NCBI GenBank assembly: GCA_024137785.1
Contig: JAHRHZ010000085.1
Coordinates: 9,799,548-9,863,547, forward strand
Origin: Ginglymostoma cirratum
Lineage: Eukaryota
Reading direction: 5' to 3'
Length of the DNA: 64,000 nucleotides
Shown here: positions 1 through 12,303 of the stretch, in pieces
How positions within the stretch are numbered: position 1 is the first letter of the stretch
Layout: every line of letters starts with the position of its first letter
Translations under genes and position numbers: made by a program
The notes under the pieces: model-generated
Database searches by the model: none
Seen by the model: the letters and a program-made list of their open reading frames with translations, nothing else
Told to the model about the DNA's origin: nothing

Positions 1-29
1 GAACTTCACAGTGCAATTTGAATGCGATG

Positions 30-330
30 TTTGACTTCGCAGGAGAATTAGGACCAGAGAGCATAATTTCAGGGTAAGAGAATGGTCATTTAAGACATAG
101 ATTAGATGATTTTTTTTCAACCAGAGGGCAGTGAATCTCTGGAATTCTGTGCCACAGAGGATTACTGACGCAAACTGAAGGCTGACATAGGCAGGTAAGT
201 GGACCAAGGGCTAAAGGAACAAGGCAAAAAGAGAACTTGACGATTTACAGGCCAATGATCTAACTGATCATTGATCTAATTGACTGGTGTGATAGACTCA
301 ATGGGCTGAATGACTTAATTAGGCTATTAT
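30..330 (+). mobile_element. CR1 LINE 3' end fragment
   Basis: gtgaatctctggaattctgtgccacagagg...gggctgaatgact. Similar fragments at 3215-3435 and 13270-13490. Confidence 0.65.
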
Positions 331-1243
331 GATTTATAATTCATTAAGTTTTGAGCATGAAGAATAGACAGACAATGAGCATTTCATGAGACAGATAGCA
401 AATACTGACATAACATGATGTAATAAAAATACACTTTAGCTGCAGAAATTGGAGAAAATTACGGTCATGAAATCCATCAAGGAAATTTTAAAGTTTCTAT
501 TGGTTCTACTTATGGAAGAGGACGAAAATAATGTGAAGGTATTAATATGTCAATTCAGAAGTTATTGGGAGAAATTAAGTGGCAGATGGTAAACTGGACA
601 TTGCCTGTGCAAAGCAGATGGCAGGTAGAATATTTGCAATTTTATATCACCATCAGAAGAGGTTTGTATGAATTGTGATGCAATGAGCAAGGCTGTTTCG
701 AGTGCATGTGTCTTAGCTCCTGAAGCTTGTAGGCAAAAATTTCGAAATCCAAAGGAAAGACTGAAAATGTCAGGGATCAACATGAAACGTCCTATGCATA
801 ATAACCGACATGATGCTGTCACCATCTCAATATGCTATAAAAACACTTGAAGTACAGCAGCGTTGACCGTATGAGTATGGAAGCGATGTAGCGCCAAAAG
901 AACACGAGTGCAAAGCATGTCCAGCAGGTGGTGCTAAATGCTATAAATCTGGCCATTTGGGACAATCTCAGAAATATCATGAGCTAACAGCAACTTCAAA
1001 ACCTCAGTGAAGAAAAGCCAGGAAAAAAACATCCAGATTAATTGAAATAGAAAAGAAGCAAATATAATTCCAAGGAATTACTGAGACAGGATAAGGAGAA
1101 AGACGACTTTCCTAGGTAAAGTCAAACAGAACGAAACCAGAAAATGAAAACCAAAAGAACTGCGGATGCTGTAAATCAGGAACAAAAACAAAGTTGCTGG
1201 AAAAGCTCAGCAGGTCTGGCAGCATCTCTGGACGAGAAAACAG

Positions 1244-1281
1244 AGTCAACGTTTCGGGTCCGGTGGCCCTTCTTCAGAACT
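1244..1281 (-). ncRNA. Minimal hammerhead ribozyme motif (second Penelope family)
   Basis: Minus strand reads AGUU CUGAAGA A GGG-ccaccgga-CCC GAAAC GUU GACU, inside a short repeat at about 1150-1281. Confidence 0.68.
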
Positions 1282-1689
1282 GAGGAACTTTGTTTTTGAA
1301 ACCAGAAAATGGATCATCAACTTGAAGTCGCAGTTCAGTTTTAGATGATGTCGTACTGGCAAGGACTTTACCATCGCTGATGTGTGTGACAGTCAGGCAA
1401 TTTAATATAAAGCTAACAAGATTGACGTGTTGAAAATATAAATAGAAATAACTGAACACGAGTTAGTAGCCAATTCAGGGACATCTTTGCAGAGTGACCA
1501 CGTTTGGTATCTCCATATTCAAGGGTTTTCAGTGTCCTGGAAGAATAGGCAAAATTGAAAAGGTGATAAAGTAATTTTGTTCATAAAGGCAAGTATCAGT
1601 GTGGTAGTGACTGACGATATGGGTGAAATACATCCTGAAGTGGATTCAGTTCGAGTGAAAATGCAGAATAGCGCGGCAAAGACTTCATG

Positions 1690-2400
1690 GCTTTTCTACA
1701 TGCCACTGATTTGCTTCACTATTGGACATTTTGAACTGTGAATACAGTAGACTAGATCCAGAGAAGTGGTGCTTCACTTGGAAGGTGTGTCAGAGACCTT
1801 GGATATTGAGGAGGAAGGAAGTAAATGAACAAGCATTACACCTTCTGTAATTGCACAGGAAGTTACAATTCGACATAGGGTGGCATTTGGAGGGAAAGTG
1901 TGGAGCTAGTTTCTCATAGGGAGCAATCCCTGCAAAAGGCTGATAAGCGAGGGGACGTAAATATGCGACTGGTTCTGGCATCCTGTAGGACGGAGTGGAA
2001 ATGGCAGCTTTGGGTGTGGGTTCTGGTGCTCACGATGTCGTCGCCTCTACATTGCAGAGATGAAGCGCAGATTGAGGAACTGATTTGAAGAGCATGTGTG
2101 TTTTGTCTGCAAAAATGATCTCGATCTTCCTGTTGCCGATCACTTCAATACACCACAGTGTTCCCTTGCCAGTATATTTGAATCGGGCTTGCTACAGAGC
2201 TCCAGCGAAGGTCATTGCAAGCTGGATGAGTCACATCTCATTTTCTGTCTTGGAACACTGGAGCCTTCAGAACTCAATATAGACTTCAATCATTTAAGGG
2301 GATAAGTACCTTCTCCCTTCTCCTTACCCCAAACTGCACACACCAGGCCCTGTATTCACATGAGCTGCTACCATAACCAACCCATTGTAAGCTACCAATG
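1690..2400. mobile_element. Old Penelope-like fragment
   Basis: 2096-2305 encodes LPVADHFN...LLQ...HLIFCLGTLEPSELNIDF, homologous to the C-terminus of the GIY-YIG ORF at 5438-5809. The upstream part appears inverted. Confidence 0.7.
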
Positions 2401-3459
2401 GTCCAGATTATGGGGACGAAGCTGGTATTGGAGGAAATGCTGGTAAGTGTGTACAAAGTTATTTAAAGTTTTAGGAAAATTGAAACAAAAGAATCACAAT
2501 ACTTGGTAAAATAGTCTAACGCACCTGCTTGCATAGTGCCAGGAGATTTCCACACTGCTTGAGTACAATAAAGATTATTTTTCTGAGCAGGATATTTTGT
2601 GATCCAGATAGTTTCTAATCAATATTGTTAGGCACATTGGTGCACACATGTAGAGCAGGTGAGCCACGAAGCTGGCCTGCCTGGCTTACAGTTAAGGAAG
2701 CTACTGTGCAACACTAGATTTCTACCCATGTCCTCCATTGCATCTACACAAGTTAAGTACGCATGCTTTTATCGTTCCATAATTTAGCTAATATTTCAAA
2801 TTAATGACTCTCGAAAGGGAGAGTCGCCCTTTATTTGGACGTAGTGCTTAGCAACACTTCTCATAAGGAAAACATTCAGGTTGCGCCTTCAAGATGCAAC
2901 GTACCGCTGCATTTTGTCTTTTTTCTTTTTCACTATTGCTTCATCGAATTTTTTGCATTTCTCCGCCCAAGTCAACGTGTTTTCTGCTCAGTTTTCATTC
3001 TGTCACATCAAACTCAAATGACTCCATTCGAAGGCACATGTCTATTATAAATGCCTATGACAGTGGCTGGTAATATAATCACCATTTCTCGTCCGGCCCT
3101 CCGGCATTTCAAACTATTGATAATGCCCTGAGGCTTCTCCTCTATTATCCATTATAATCTGGTTACATTCATTGTCAGGCCGTGGAACAATATCAGAAAG
3201 TATAGTTCTGAGAGAAGTTTGTTCACCCAGACATTGTGAGCCTGTGGAATTCTCTGTAACAGAAAACGGTTGAATATTTTCATGAAGGCGTTAGATACCT
3301 TTTTCTGAGGGCGAAAGAAATCAAAGAGTGTGGGAAGAAAGCAGGAACAGGGTTATGAACTGGATCATCGGCCATGATCATATTGAATGGTAGAGCAGGT
3401 TTGAACTGCCAAATGGCCTACTCCTGCTCCGATCTGTACCAACCTGGGTTTCGAAAAGG

Positions 3460-5970
3460 CAGAACGTCCGACGCAACCCCGCCCACAGCCGACGCCGACA
3501 TTTCTCCGCCCACAGCCGACGCCGACATTTCTCCGCCCACCGCCTCCACAGCCAGCAGCTCCAGAGGACACAGCAACACTGAGCCCTGCCCAGTTCTTCA
3601 CCATCCCCCGAGAACTCCCCCTTACTGAGGACGAACGGTCAGTCCTCAGTGAAGGGCTCGCCTTGTTCCCCTCCACCCACACATCAACGCATGCCGGTCA
3701 CGGTTGGACAATGAGCAGTTTTCACCGCCTCCGCGCTAACTTCTTCAACCGTGAGCCGAACCCTCCCTCTACTGACCCCTTCTCCCGCCTCCAACACAAG
3801 CCCTCCTCCTGGACATCACTCCAAGGCCTCCTACTCTCCCTCGACCTCTTCATCTCCAACTGCCGTCGAGGCATCAATCACCACAACCTCTCCACCCCTC
3901 TCACCCACTCCAACCTCTCCCCCGCAGAACGTGCAGACCTCGCTCCATCCGCTCCAATCCCAACCTCACCGTAAAACCCGCGGACAAGGGAGGCGCAGTT
4001 GCAGTATGGCGCACTGACCTCTACATTGCTGAGGCCAGGCGCCAACTCTCCGACCCCTCCTCCTACTGCCCCCTGGATCATGACCCCACCCCCGAGCACC
4101 AAACCATCATCTCCAGACCATCCACAACCTCATCAACTCAGGTGACCTCCCACCCACAGTCTCCAATATCATCATTCCCCAACCCCACATTGCCTGCTTC
4201 TATCTCCTTCCCAAAATACACAAACCTGACTGCCCTGGTTGACCCATTGTCTCTGCCTGTTCCTGCCTCACCGAACTTATCTCCACCTATCTCGACTCAA
4301 TTTTCTCCCCCTTGGTCCAGGAACTCCCTACGTATGTCCGTGACACCACCCATGCCCTCCACCTCCTCCAGAACTTCCAATTCCCCAGTCCCCAGCACCT
4401 CATTTTTACTATGGACGTCCAGTCCCTACACACCTGCATTCCCCATGCAGATGGCCTAATGGCCCTTCGCTTCATTCTGTCCCGCAGGCCTGGCCAGTCC
4501 CCCTCCACTGACACCCTCATCTGCTTAGCCGAACTTGTCCTCACCCTCAACAACTTCTCTTTCAATTCCTCCCACTTCCTACAGACAAAGGGGGTGGCCA
4601 TGGGTACCCGCATGGGCCCAAGCTATGCCTGCCTCTTTGTAGGTTACGTGGAACAATCCCTCTTCCTATCTACACTGGCCAAAAACCCCACCTCTTCCTC
4701 CGTTACATTGATGACTGTATCAGCGCCACCTCGTGCTCCCATGAGGAGCTTGAACAGTTCATCCACTTCACCAACACCTTCCACCCCAACCTTAAGTTCA
4801 CCTGGACCATCTATAACACCTTTCTCACCTTCCTGGACCTCTCTGTCTCCATCTCCGGCCACCACCTAGAAACCGATATCCATTTCAAGCCCACCAACTC
4901 CCACAGTTACCTAGATTACACTTCCTCACACCCACCTTCCTGCAAAAATGCCATCCCCTATTCACAATTCCTTTGCCTCTGCTGCATCTGCTCCCAGGAT
5001 GAGGCATTCCACTCTCATACATCTCAGATGACCTCGTTCTTCAAGAACCATAACATTCCCCCCGGCAGTGGTTGAGAACACCCTCGACCGTATCTCCCAC
5101 ATTTCCCGCAACTCATCCCTCACACCCCGTCCCCGCAATAACAACCAAAAAGAATCCCTCTCATCCTCACGTACCACCCCACCAACCTCCGGATCCAACG
5201 CAACATCCTCCGACACTTCCGCCATCTGCAATCCGACCCCACCACCAAAGACACTTTTCCCTCACCACCCTTATCTGCTTTCCGGAGGGACCACTCTCTC
5301 CATGACTCTCCACACTCCCCTCAAGCTCCACGACACCTGGTACTTTTCCCTGCAACCACAGGAAGTGTTACACCTGCCCCCACACCTCCTCCCTCACCCC
5401 CATCCCAGGCCCCAAGAAGGCTTTCCACATCAAGCAGATGTTCACCTGCATGTCTGCTAATGTGGTATACTGCATCCACTCTACTCGTTGTGGCCTCCTC
5501 TACATCGGGGAAGCCAAGCAGAGGCTTGGGGACCGTTTTGCTGAACACCTACGCTCCGTTCGCAATAAACAACTGCACCTCCCAGTCGCGAACCATTTCA
5601 ACTCCCCCTCCCGTTCCTCAGACGACATGTCCATCCTGGGCCTCCTGCAGTGCCACAATGATGCCACCCGAAGGTTGCAGGAACCGCAACTCATATTCCG
5701 CTTGGGAACCCTGAAGCCCAATGGTATCAATGTGGATTTCACAAGCTTCAAAATCTCCCCTCCCTTGGCCGCATCCCAAAACCAGCCCAGCTCGTCCCCG
5801 CTTCCCTAACCTGTTTTTCCTCTCACCTATCCCCTCCTCCCACCTCAAGCCCCACCCCCATCTCCTATCTACTAACCTCATCCCGCCCCCTTGACCTGTC
5901 CGTCCTCCCTGGACTGACCTATCTCCTCCCTACCTCCCCACCTACACTCACCTTTACTGGCTCCATCCCC
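3460..5970 (+). mobile_element. Penelope-like retroelement (RT plus GIY-YIG endonuclease), frameshifted, running into a gap
   Basis: RT motifs FTMDVQSLHTCIPH, QTKGVAMGTRMGPSYACLF and RYIDD (about 4700, other frame). GIY-YIG motif NVVYCIHSTRCGLLYIGEAKQRLGDRFAEH. C-rich composition. Confidence 0.92.
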
Positions 5971-6370
5971 NNNNNNNNNNNNNNNNNNNNNNNNNNNNNN
6001 NNNNNNNNNNNNNNNNNNNNNNNNNNNNNNNNNNNNNNNNNNNNNNNNNNNNNNNNNNNNNNNNNNNNNNNNNNNNNNNNNNNNNNNNNNNNNNNNNNNN
6101 NNNNNNNNNNNNNNNNNNNNNNNNNNNNNNNNNNNNNNNNNNNNNNNNNNNNNNNNNNNNNNNNNNNNNNNNNNNNNNNNNNNNNNNNNNNNNNNNNNNN
6201 NNNNNNNNNNNNNNNNNNNNNNNNNNNNNNNNNNNNNNNNNNNNNNNNNNNNNNNNNNNNNNNNNNNNNNNNNNNNNNNNNNNNNNNNNNNNNNNNNNNN
6301 NNNNNNNNNNNNNNNNNNNNNNNNNNNNNNNNNNNNNNNNNNNNNNNNNNNNNNNNNNNNNNNNNNNNNN
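5971..6370. other. Assembly gap (400 N)
   Basis: Run of N. Confidence 1.
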
Positions 6371-6522
6371 ACACAGCAGGTCAAGCAGCATCATAGGAGC
6401 AGGAAAACTTGACGTTTCGGGCCTAAACCCTTCATCAGAAATGATGCTGCTTGACCTGCTGTGTTCATCCAGCCCCATGCTTGTTATCTCGGATTCTCCA
6501 GCATCTGCAGTACCTTTTATCT
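6371..6522. mobile_element. Penelope terminal repeat with inverted (fold-back) segment
   Basis: 6371-6394 is the reverse complement of 6441-6464. Same sequence as 27430-27560. Confidence 0.8.
6407..6442 (-). ncRNA. Minimal type I hammerhead ribozyme motif
   Basis: Minus strand reads AUUU CUGAUGA A GGG-uuuagg-CCC GAAAC GUC AAGU. Confidence 0.75.
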
Positions 6523-7649
6523 CCGTTTCACATGGAGTTCTGCATTGGGATGACCTGAGAGTATCTGTGTACTGCTTGGTGAAAGTGACAATGTTCGTAG
6601 AGCAAATGATTAATGTGACATCCAAATTCAACGGTGTTACAATAATGATCATAATGTACCAAGGCAAGGATATTGTGGTGCAGATTTACCAAACACGGCT
6701 CGGAATTGACTGGTGCATTGCGCATATTTCCGGGCTTTGCACGTCAAGAACAGTTTGACTACATTTCGGAGTAGAAGTGAAACAATTTGCAAGAATGATA
6801 AAAAGAATTGAAATTCATAGCGTGTTGTGGAATGATTTGAATTCCAACGTCAAGTTGCACTCAATGGATTCTTTTAGAAGTGCATTCATTGTCATTTAAA
6901 GAAAAACATGGCAATGGACATGAGCTGCCAAAATCTGCGAAAAGCAATCAGCTAAAAATATCGGGGAATCTCTGTTTTTATGATGATTGAAGCATAAATA
7001 CTAGAAAGAACACTCATAATTCCACAAAGCTTCTTTCATAAAATGAACTCAATGGATTGCTTAACATCTGTTCGGCCTTGCACAATGTTTAAAGTTACAC
7101 TGGAAAGCCGGCACCCCGTTACAGTATGCCAACGTGTCTGTCTTGGTTTTTGTGTTGTTTTACAGAGCTGTATCTTCCACCTAGAAAATTCTAGCACTGA
7201 GGAGAAATTCCAACTCACTGAGAGATTGCTTCCCAAAAAATTACCCGATTCCATGGATGGAAATGAGTGGTGAAACCCCCACTATTGCCATTCAAGACAA
7301 AAAAGTTGAGAGTTCAAACCATGAGAGTTCCGAAGGGAATTCATAATGGCCAACTGATCCCATTAACAGAAACTCCAAGAATCAAAGCCTCCGATTATTG
7401 AAAGCGTGAAAAAAATGCTACATGATCAACATTTGTGGGTCAAGACCTGGATGTCCTGATTAGAACAGTGATGGAGCCAGATCTACCTGCGTTTAGAAAG
7501 AATATGGACATTAGCGGTGTTAGTAAACTCTGCGTTTGAAAATCAAATGCCTTTTGCTAATCTTGCATTGCTTGATACACACGATTTCAGACGTGACATA
7601 CACACAGAAACTGCAAAGTAACATTGACCATACGAGACTTAAATTACCG

Positions 7650-7681
7650 ACCGCACTCACAGGATGTTAAACGTCATTGCC
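7650..7681 (+). promoter_or_regulatory. Conserved proximal promoter block of gene A (RUNX-like ACCGCA, ETS-like CAGGATGT, half-CRE ACGTCA)
   Basis: accgcactcacaggatgttaaacgtcattgc lies about 115 nt upstream of the ATG and is conserved in genes B and C. Confidence 0.55.
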
Positions 7682-7773
7682 ACGTATCTGGTAGTAAGCA
7701 AACTGGAAACCCATCTTAGCAGTTACTAAAGCGCGTAGTTGCGCAGCGCGGTCAGTACAAACCACGACTCATA

Positions 7774-10700
7774 ATGTCAGCGAGGATGATTTTTTTCTGC
7801 CTGATTCTACTTGAGTTTATTCTTGCTGGTACTTGCTGTTTTTTTGATTCACGGAACTGCTTTAATTAATTAAAGACTTTTGAAGCAGCTCTTCGTTCCA
7901 TTAACTAATCTTAATTCATCTATCCGGTTAAGAATTTATCTCTTCTATCTTTATGCCGAATATGACAGTTATCTGTTTTTTTCACTATGTTTCTGACAGC
8001 TGCGGCCCACACTTCGTTCAGTGTTACTCAAACGCCTAAAACAGTAACTGCGAACAGATGGGAAGACATTACCTTCTACTGTACCTCCTCCATTTTTCAG
8101 CAAAGTTCAAAGCCAAATGTAATTTGGTGGAAACAGGTTGGGAATGAATGTGTTCAGATGAAAGCCAGTGGTCGAAAACAATTTGGATTTGAAAATGAAG
8201 CAATAGCATTCCTTAACTTGCTGAGCGTTACTGTCCAAGATTCTGGAATTTATCACTGCACGGTGAATTATCAAGGAATAGGTCAAAGAAATGGAACCGG
8301 ATCCCAGCTATTTGTGCATGGTAAGTGAGAGCGACACTGTCTGAAATAATTTGAAATAACAAGATATTTTCCGATCGCTCATTTCATCAACATTGGCAGT
8401 TAAATCATGTCCGGCGATCATTTACGCAGAACCTTTGCTTGATATTTCTGTTCCCTTGGAAAAAAAAGAGTAAAATTAGACAATCAATATCACAGGTAGA
8501 AAACTGCAACGTCTATAAATATTAACAATTTACGCTATAATTCTAAAGACACCCTATACACCATGTGCATTTTATCGACATACAAAACTTCCAACGTACA
8601 TAGGCGACAAGAAACCGCAATGTCAGGCTATTCGTCCACAATTCTTAGTCCCTGGTATGCTATCGATGTCGTGTGACTACCCCCAATTATTCTTTCTGAG
8701 ATTGAAGATTCCAGAAATTAATTCTCACATTAATTTCACGTCATAATTTGAAAATCAGCTTGAACTTATTTCATGAAGAAAGGAATCGATGCAAAAGAAA
8801 TGCAGTTTGACAGATACAAGTGAGTAGAATCACTGACCTAGAATTCATAAAACAATACAGAGAATCTGTAGCTCCTGAGGTTCAACTGATTCAACTGATT
8901 CTCATTTGAAATGCCTTGTTTTTGAAATCCGACTGATACAGTGGTCTTGAGTTAATCAGCAATCTGCAGCTTCACCTCCATTACACACTTGCGCTTGAAA
9001 AAAAAACACAAGGGCAAACGAGCGCCATTTGTTTATTTGTCTAGCTCAATTTAATTAATTCTTTCAAATATGCTACATAATCATTTTTAAGCATTTTGTT
9101 ATTTTGTTCCGCTGAGGAAAGTCAAGTATTGGATTTGATAATTCAAGTAAAAGTGAATAAAAGCCGCGGCTTTGAGAGCTATGTGTTTAATTAACTGAAT
9201 CCATGTACATAAAATTAAGTAGAGAAGAAACTGCAATTTTGGGTATTGTAATTATAATAAAGCATAGCGTCTGAAAATCTGCCTCAAAGTTAACAATTTC
9301 TGATTTGTTCCAGTAACTTGGCTTTATTCCTTCTCTGCTTGCAGTTGCCCCAGTCCCACTGAAAATTACGCCCAAGCTACATGAAGAAAATTCGCTTGTA
9401 TCTTTGACCCTTCTGTGTGAAACAGCTGCATTTTATCCGGAGGATTTCACCCTCGCCTGGTATAAAAACGGCACCGAAACTACAGTCGGTATAAATACCA
9501 GCAAGGTGCAGAACAGCGAGGGACTGTATGAAGTATCCAGTTCTTTGGTTGAGCCTCTTTCTCCTTCAAGTAATCTCAAGTATACCTGTTCGATATCTCA
9601 CATCTCCCTCAGGACGCCTGCTGTTGTCACCCACAGTATTTCCACATTTGGTGGAATACAAAAAGGCGAGTTATGCTAATTATGAACAAAATGCCTCGCC
9701 CAATGCTTGCATTACATGGAGCTAATCCACGGTAATTTCGTGGAAATATCTCCTTTAAATGCATTAAATTAAGTTGAAATGTGTGTTAAGAAAGGTGCAA
9801 AACCTTACTGGCATCCAAATTGCTTTATTTATGGAGTTAGTATTATGTTCAGTAATGAGCTGTTCTATCCGTTTCTTACTTTTTGACCTTTTTTTGCCGT
9901 CGTTCATTGTCATTGTTTCCATGATAAAAATGCTTTATTCCTACCAGTGCCTACTTTCCTTGCACTGTTGCCAGGAGCTACATTGTTTTATTTGGTTTCG
10001 CTCTGCCTTCTAGCACTGCATTCCCCATTGGTTGTATCCAGGGCAGAATTCTAAGACTTATCCCTTGTCAAGTGGTATCTCCCACCCGGTCAAGGCAGTT
10101 CAGTTGGGATCAATATCACATATACCACAAAGCCTGTGGGATACCTTGACTTGTCTATAGTACGTCAGATTTAATTCATTAACAATTGGTCACTTTGGCA
10201 GCAGTTTGTCACGGCACAAAACAAACAATTAATCACACCTAGCCCATAAAAGTCCTTTGCTACGCAGTGTGTAGTCGATTTATTTGTATATGGTTCTTAA
10301 CCAATTGCCCCAGTTCTCATTTTGGTGCAGCTAGCATTGAAATCGTGCCGCTAATTTCAAAAAGGCATATGTTAAGAAGTGAGGAATGTCAAGAAGGTCA
10401 ACACCGTGGTCCACAGAGAATCAATCCATCTTGTAAGCCTACATTTCCAAAACAATCTTTCAAGATCCTTGAACCGACAATCTCTTTCAGAGATTGATTC
10501 AGAATTTGCATTTGTTGGAAGTAGAAGTCACTTCAACATTCAACTGAAATAATATCCTGCACTTCAGCTTTCTCATTGCCCTTCAGTACCGTGGTGCAAT
10601 TGAAAACACCATCATACTGTAAGCAAGAAACTACAGCAAGACTTTTTCAACTATCATCAGAAAATAATGTCCTCTTAATTTTGCAGATGAGAGCAATAAT

Positions 10701-12303
10701 TCAGTCGTCTTCTGGGCTCTAATTTCTATGGTGGTAGGATTTGCGTTGGGTGTACTAATGGCTGTAATTGCAAAGCGACATGGACTTCAGTCTAACAAAA
10801 GTAAGGTCTACTGTCAACTCATGATCTTCGGTCTAGTTGCAGTCTGAGGACAACAAGCGGGAGGGGTGTGGAGTAGTAGTGAAAGCGAAAAGATTTGAAG
10901 TTGAAAATGCAATGGGTTTATTTTTCAGCGCGCTCAGATTGTTCCAAATACATTTCATAACGCAGAAATGTTCACAAATTGGTGATCAACAAGTTAATTT
11001 CCAGTTGCATTAGGTTCCAGCATAAAAACTGTACTGTTCAAAGCAATTAATGAAATATACCGTGACAAACATCAAATTGGCACGTTGATTCTTCCGCCGA
11101 GAAATAATTGCTCCTTGAAGAACAGGAGGATTAGGAACAGATGATAACTATTCAATCCCATGTTGTTGGCTCTGCCTCGAGAAATATAAACATTGTGATG
11201 TGCCTCAACTGCGCATTCTAAGCCTCTTTTTCACTTTGAATCAGAAATGTAAAGCCTCGTTTTCCATATGAAAACTGGGCTAATATTTCTATCACTCAAT
11301 TTAATTATATTCTATTGATATACAGATAAAGAAGAATGCGCAAGGCAACCGGATCATCGTGACAAAGTGGTAAGTCCATTCCTTCAACCCAGTAGGTGTT
11401 TGCAATAAATTAAACCATTGCAAAAATGGAAGTAATATGTACTAATCACGTCAGAGTATTTTAAGTTTATTTGTTGAAGGACGTGTTCATCCAATGACGT
11501 TTGAAATACAGTTGGTACAATATTGTTATTGATAAAGAATTTTAGTTGAATTTTTAAAATCTCGTTGTAGCTATGAGAATGTTTCTAACTAATAACACTT
11601 TAGAAACTCAGTTATTCTTTAGTTTTGGACACAAATTTACTGTCCAATGCTGCTGCCTTTTGACAGTCAAATATTATGTTCCAGAGTGAATGTGAAGAAG
11701 CTTTGCTTGTTACACTAGCCACTGTGCATTAATATTTGTATGCGCAGGAATAAATCTGAAACGAGGATTCTGCAAGTGATCTCGTGCCCAGGTTAAATTT
11801 GTTCACTGCTTTTTGAAAGAATTGTTGAAGACATGAAACAGGGACTTAATGAAATATTTTCTTTTTGGTCCTTGCAGGTAGCCGTGGCTCAGGATGTGCA
11901 ATATGCTGCAGTCCATTTCAGCAGAGGCAAAACAGCTCCAAGACCCACGTTTGAAATAGAGAGAAGCATGTATGCTGAGGTAGGGCTGAGTAACAGAGAA
12001 AGAATTTAAGTCATCATTATAATATGGCGATTCAGGCTGTCGATGAGAACATTCACCTCTGTTGACACTGACTATGTGAGATATTGAAAGTTATTTGCGC
12101 GTACTTCTGGTGACCACTTTGCAGAAATCTTGTAAAAAACACATTAACAGTATCTCTAAATGCTGCTTTTACAGGGCCCACAAGACGCAATCGGTAATAA
12201 GGTGACGTACGCAGCACTAACGTTGAATAGTTCAGTGAAACCGGAGTTGCACCAGAATCCCAAAGAAGGCACAGAGTATGCTGCGTTGCAGGCTGGAAGA
12301 TGA
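7774..12303 (+). CDS. Gene A: non-rearranging VJ-C1-TM Ig-superfamily inhibitory receptor (SIRPalpha-like tail, NKp30/TCR-like V domain)
   Basis: Phase-consistent exons: leader 7774-7828 (MSARMIFFCLILLEFILA); V 8000-8320; C1 9345-9665 (GC donor) or 9345-9650 (GT donor); TM 10687-10800 (VVFWALISMVVGFALGVLMAVIA-KRH); cytoplasmic 11326-11369; 11878-12009 (VQYAAV, SMYAEV, stop; internal donor at 11980); 12175-12303 (VTYAAL, TEYAAL, stop). No internal stops. About 328 aa (ending in exon 6) or 361 aa (spliced to exon 7). Confidence 0.88.
8000..8320 (+). CDS. Gene A V-set Ig exon with in-exon J-like G strand
   Basis: SVTQTP...ITFYC...IWWKQ...QDSGIYHC...NGTGSQLFVH. Acceptor ctgacag, donor gtaagt, phase 1/1. 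Confidence 0.95.
9345..9665 (+). CDS. Gene A C1-set Ig exon
   Basis: LTLLCETAAFYPEDFTLAWYKNG...GLYEVSSSL...YTCSISHISL shows the C1-set signature (CxxxxFYP, W, Y-x-C-x-V/I-x-H). The 3' donor is uncertain (exon end 9650 or 9665). Confidence 0.92.
10687..10800 (+). CDS. Gene A transmembrane exon (no charged residue)
   Basis: ttgcag acceptor, 114 nt, about 23 hydrophobic residues then KRH, donor gtaagg. Same length as the TM exons of genes B and C. Confidence 0.85.
11878..12303 (+). CDS. Gene A tyrosine-motif cytoplasmic exons 6 and 7
   Basis: Two phase-0 exons, each encoding VxYxxV/L followed 23 aa later by S/TxYAxV/L. Confidence 0.8.

Noticed and set aside
910-965. CPAGGAKCYKSGHLG, a gag zinc-knuckle-like remnant of an LTR element
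   Set aside because: Too degenerate, and no supporting pol or LTR was identified.
3480-3542. 27-bp tandem repeat as a CRISPR-like array
   Set aside because: No spacers, eukaryotic context, and it is an internal repeat of the Penelope ORF.
5878-6667. Long ORFs containing X runs
   Set aside because: Artefacts of translating through the N gap.
8259-8300. Heptamer-like CACGGTG right at the second V cysteine of gene A (CACCGTG in gene C) as a cryptic RSS
   Set aside because: It follows from Cys-Thr-Val codons. There is no nonamer at 12 or 23 bp spacing, and gene B has CGCAGTG.
7987-9679. Rearranging TCR or Ig light-chain locus, or a germline-joined shark IgL
   Set aside because: No RSS or separate J segments, no FGxGT, and TM plus ITIM exons are present downstream.
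7774-12303. Assigning gene symbol SIRPA, NCR3 or NCR3LG1
   Set aside because: Features are mosaic (one C1, NKp30-like V, SIRP-like tail). Orthology cannot be established without a phylogeny.
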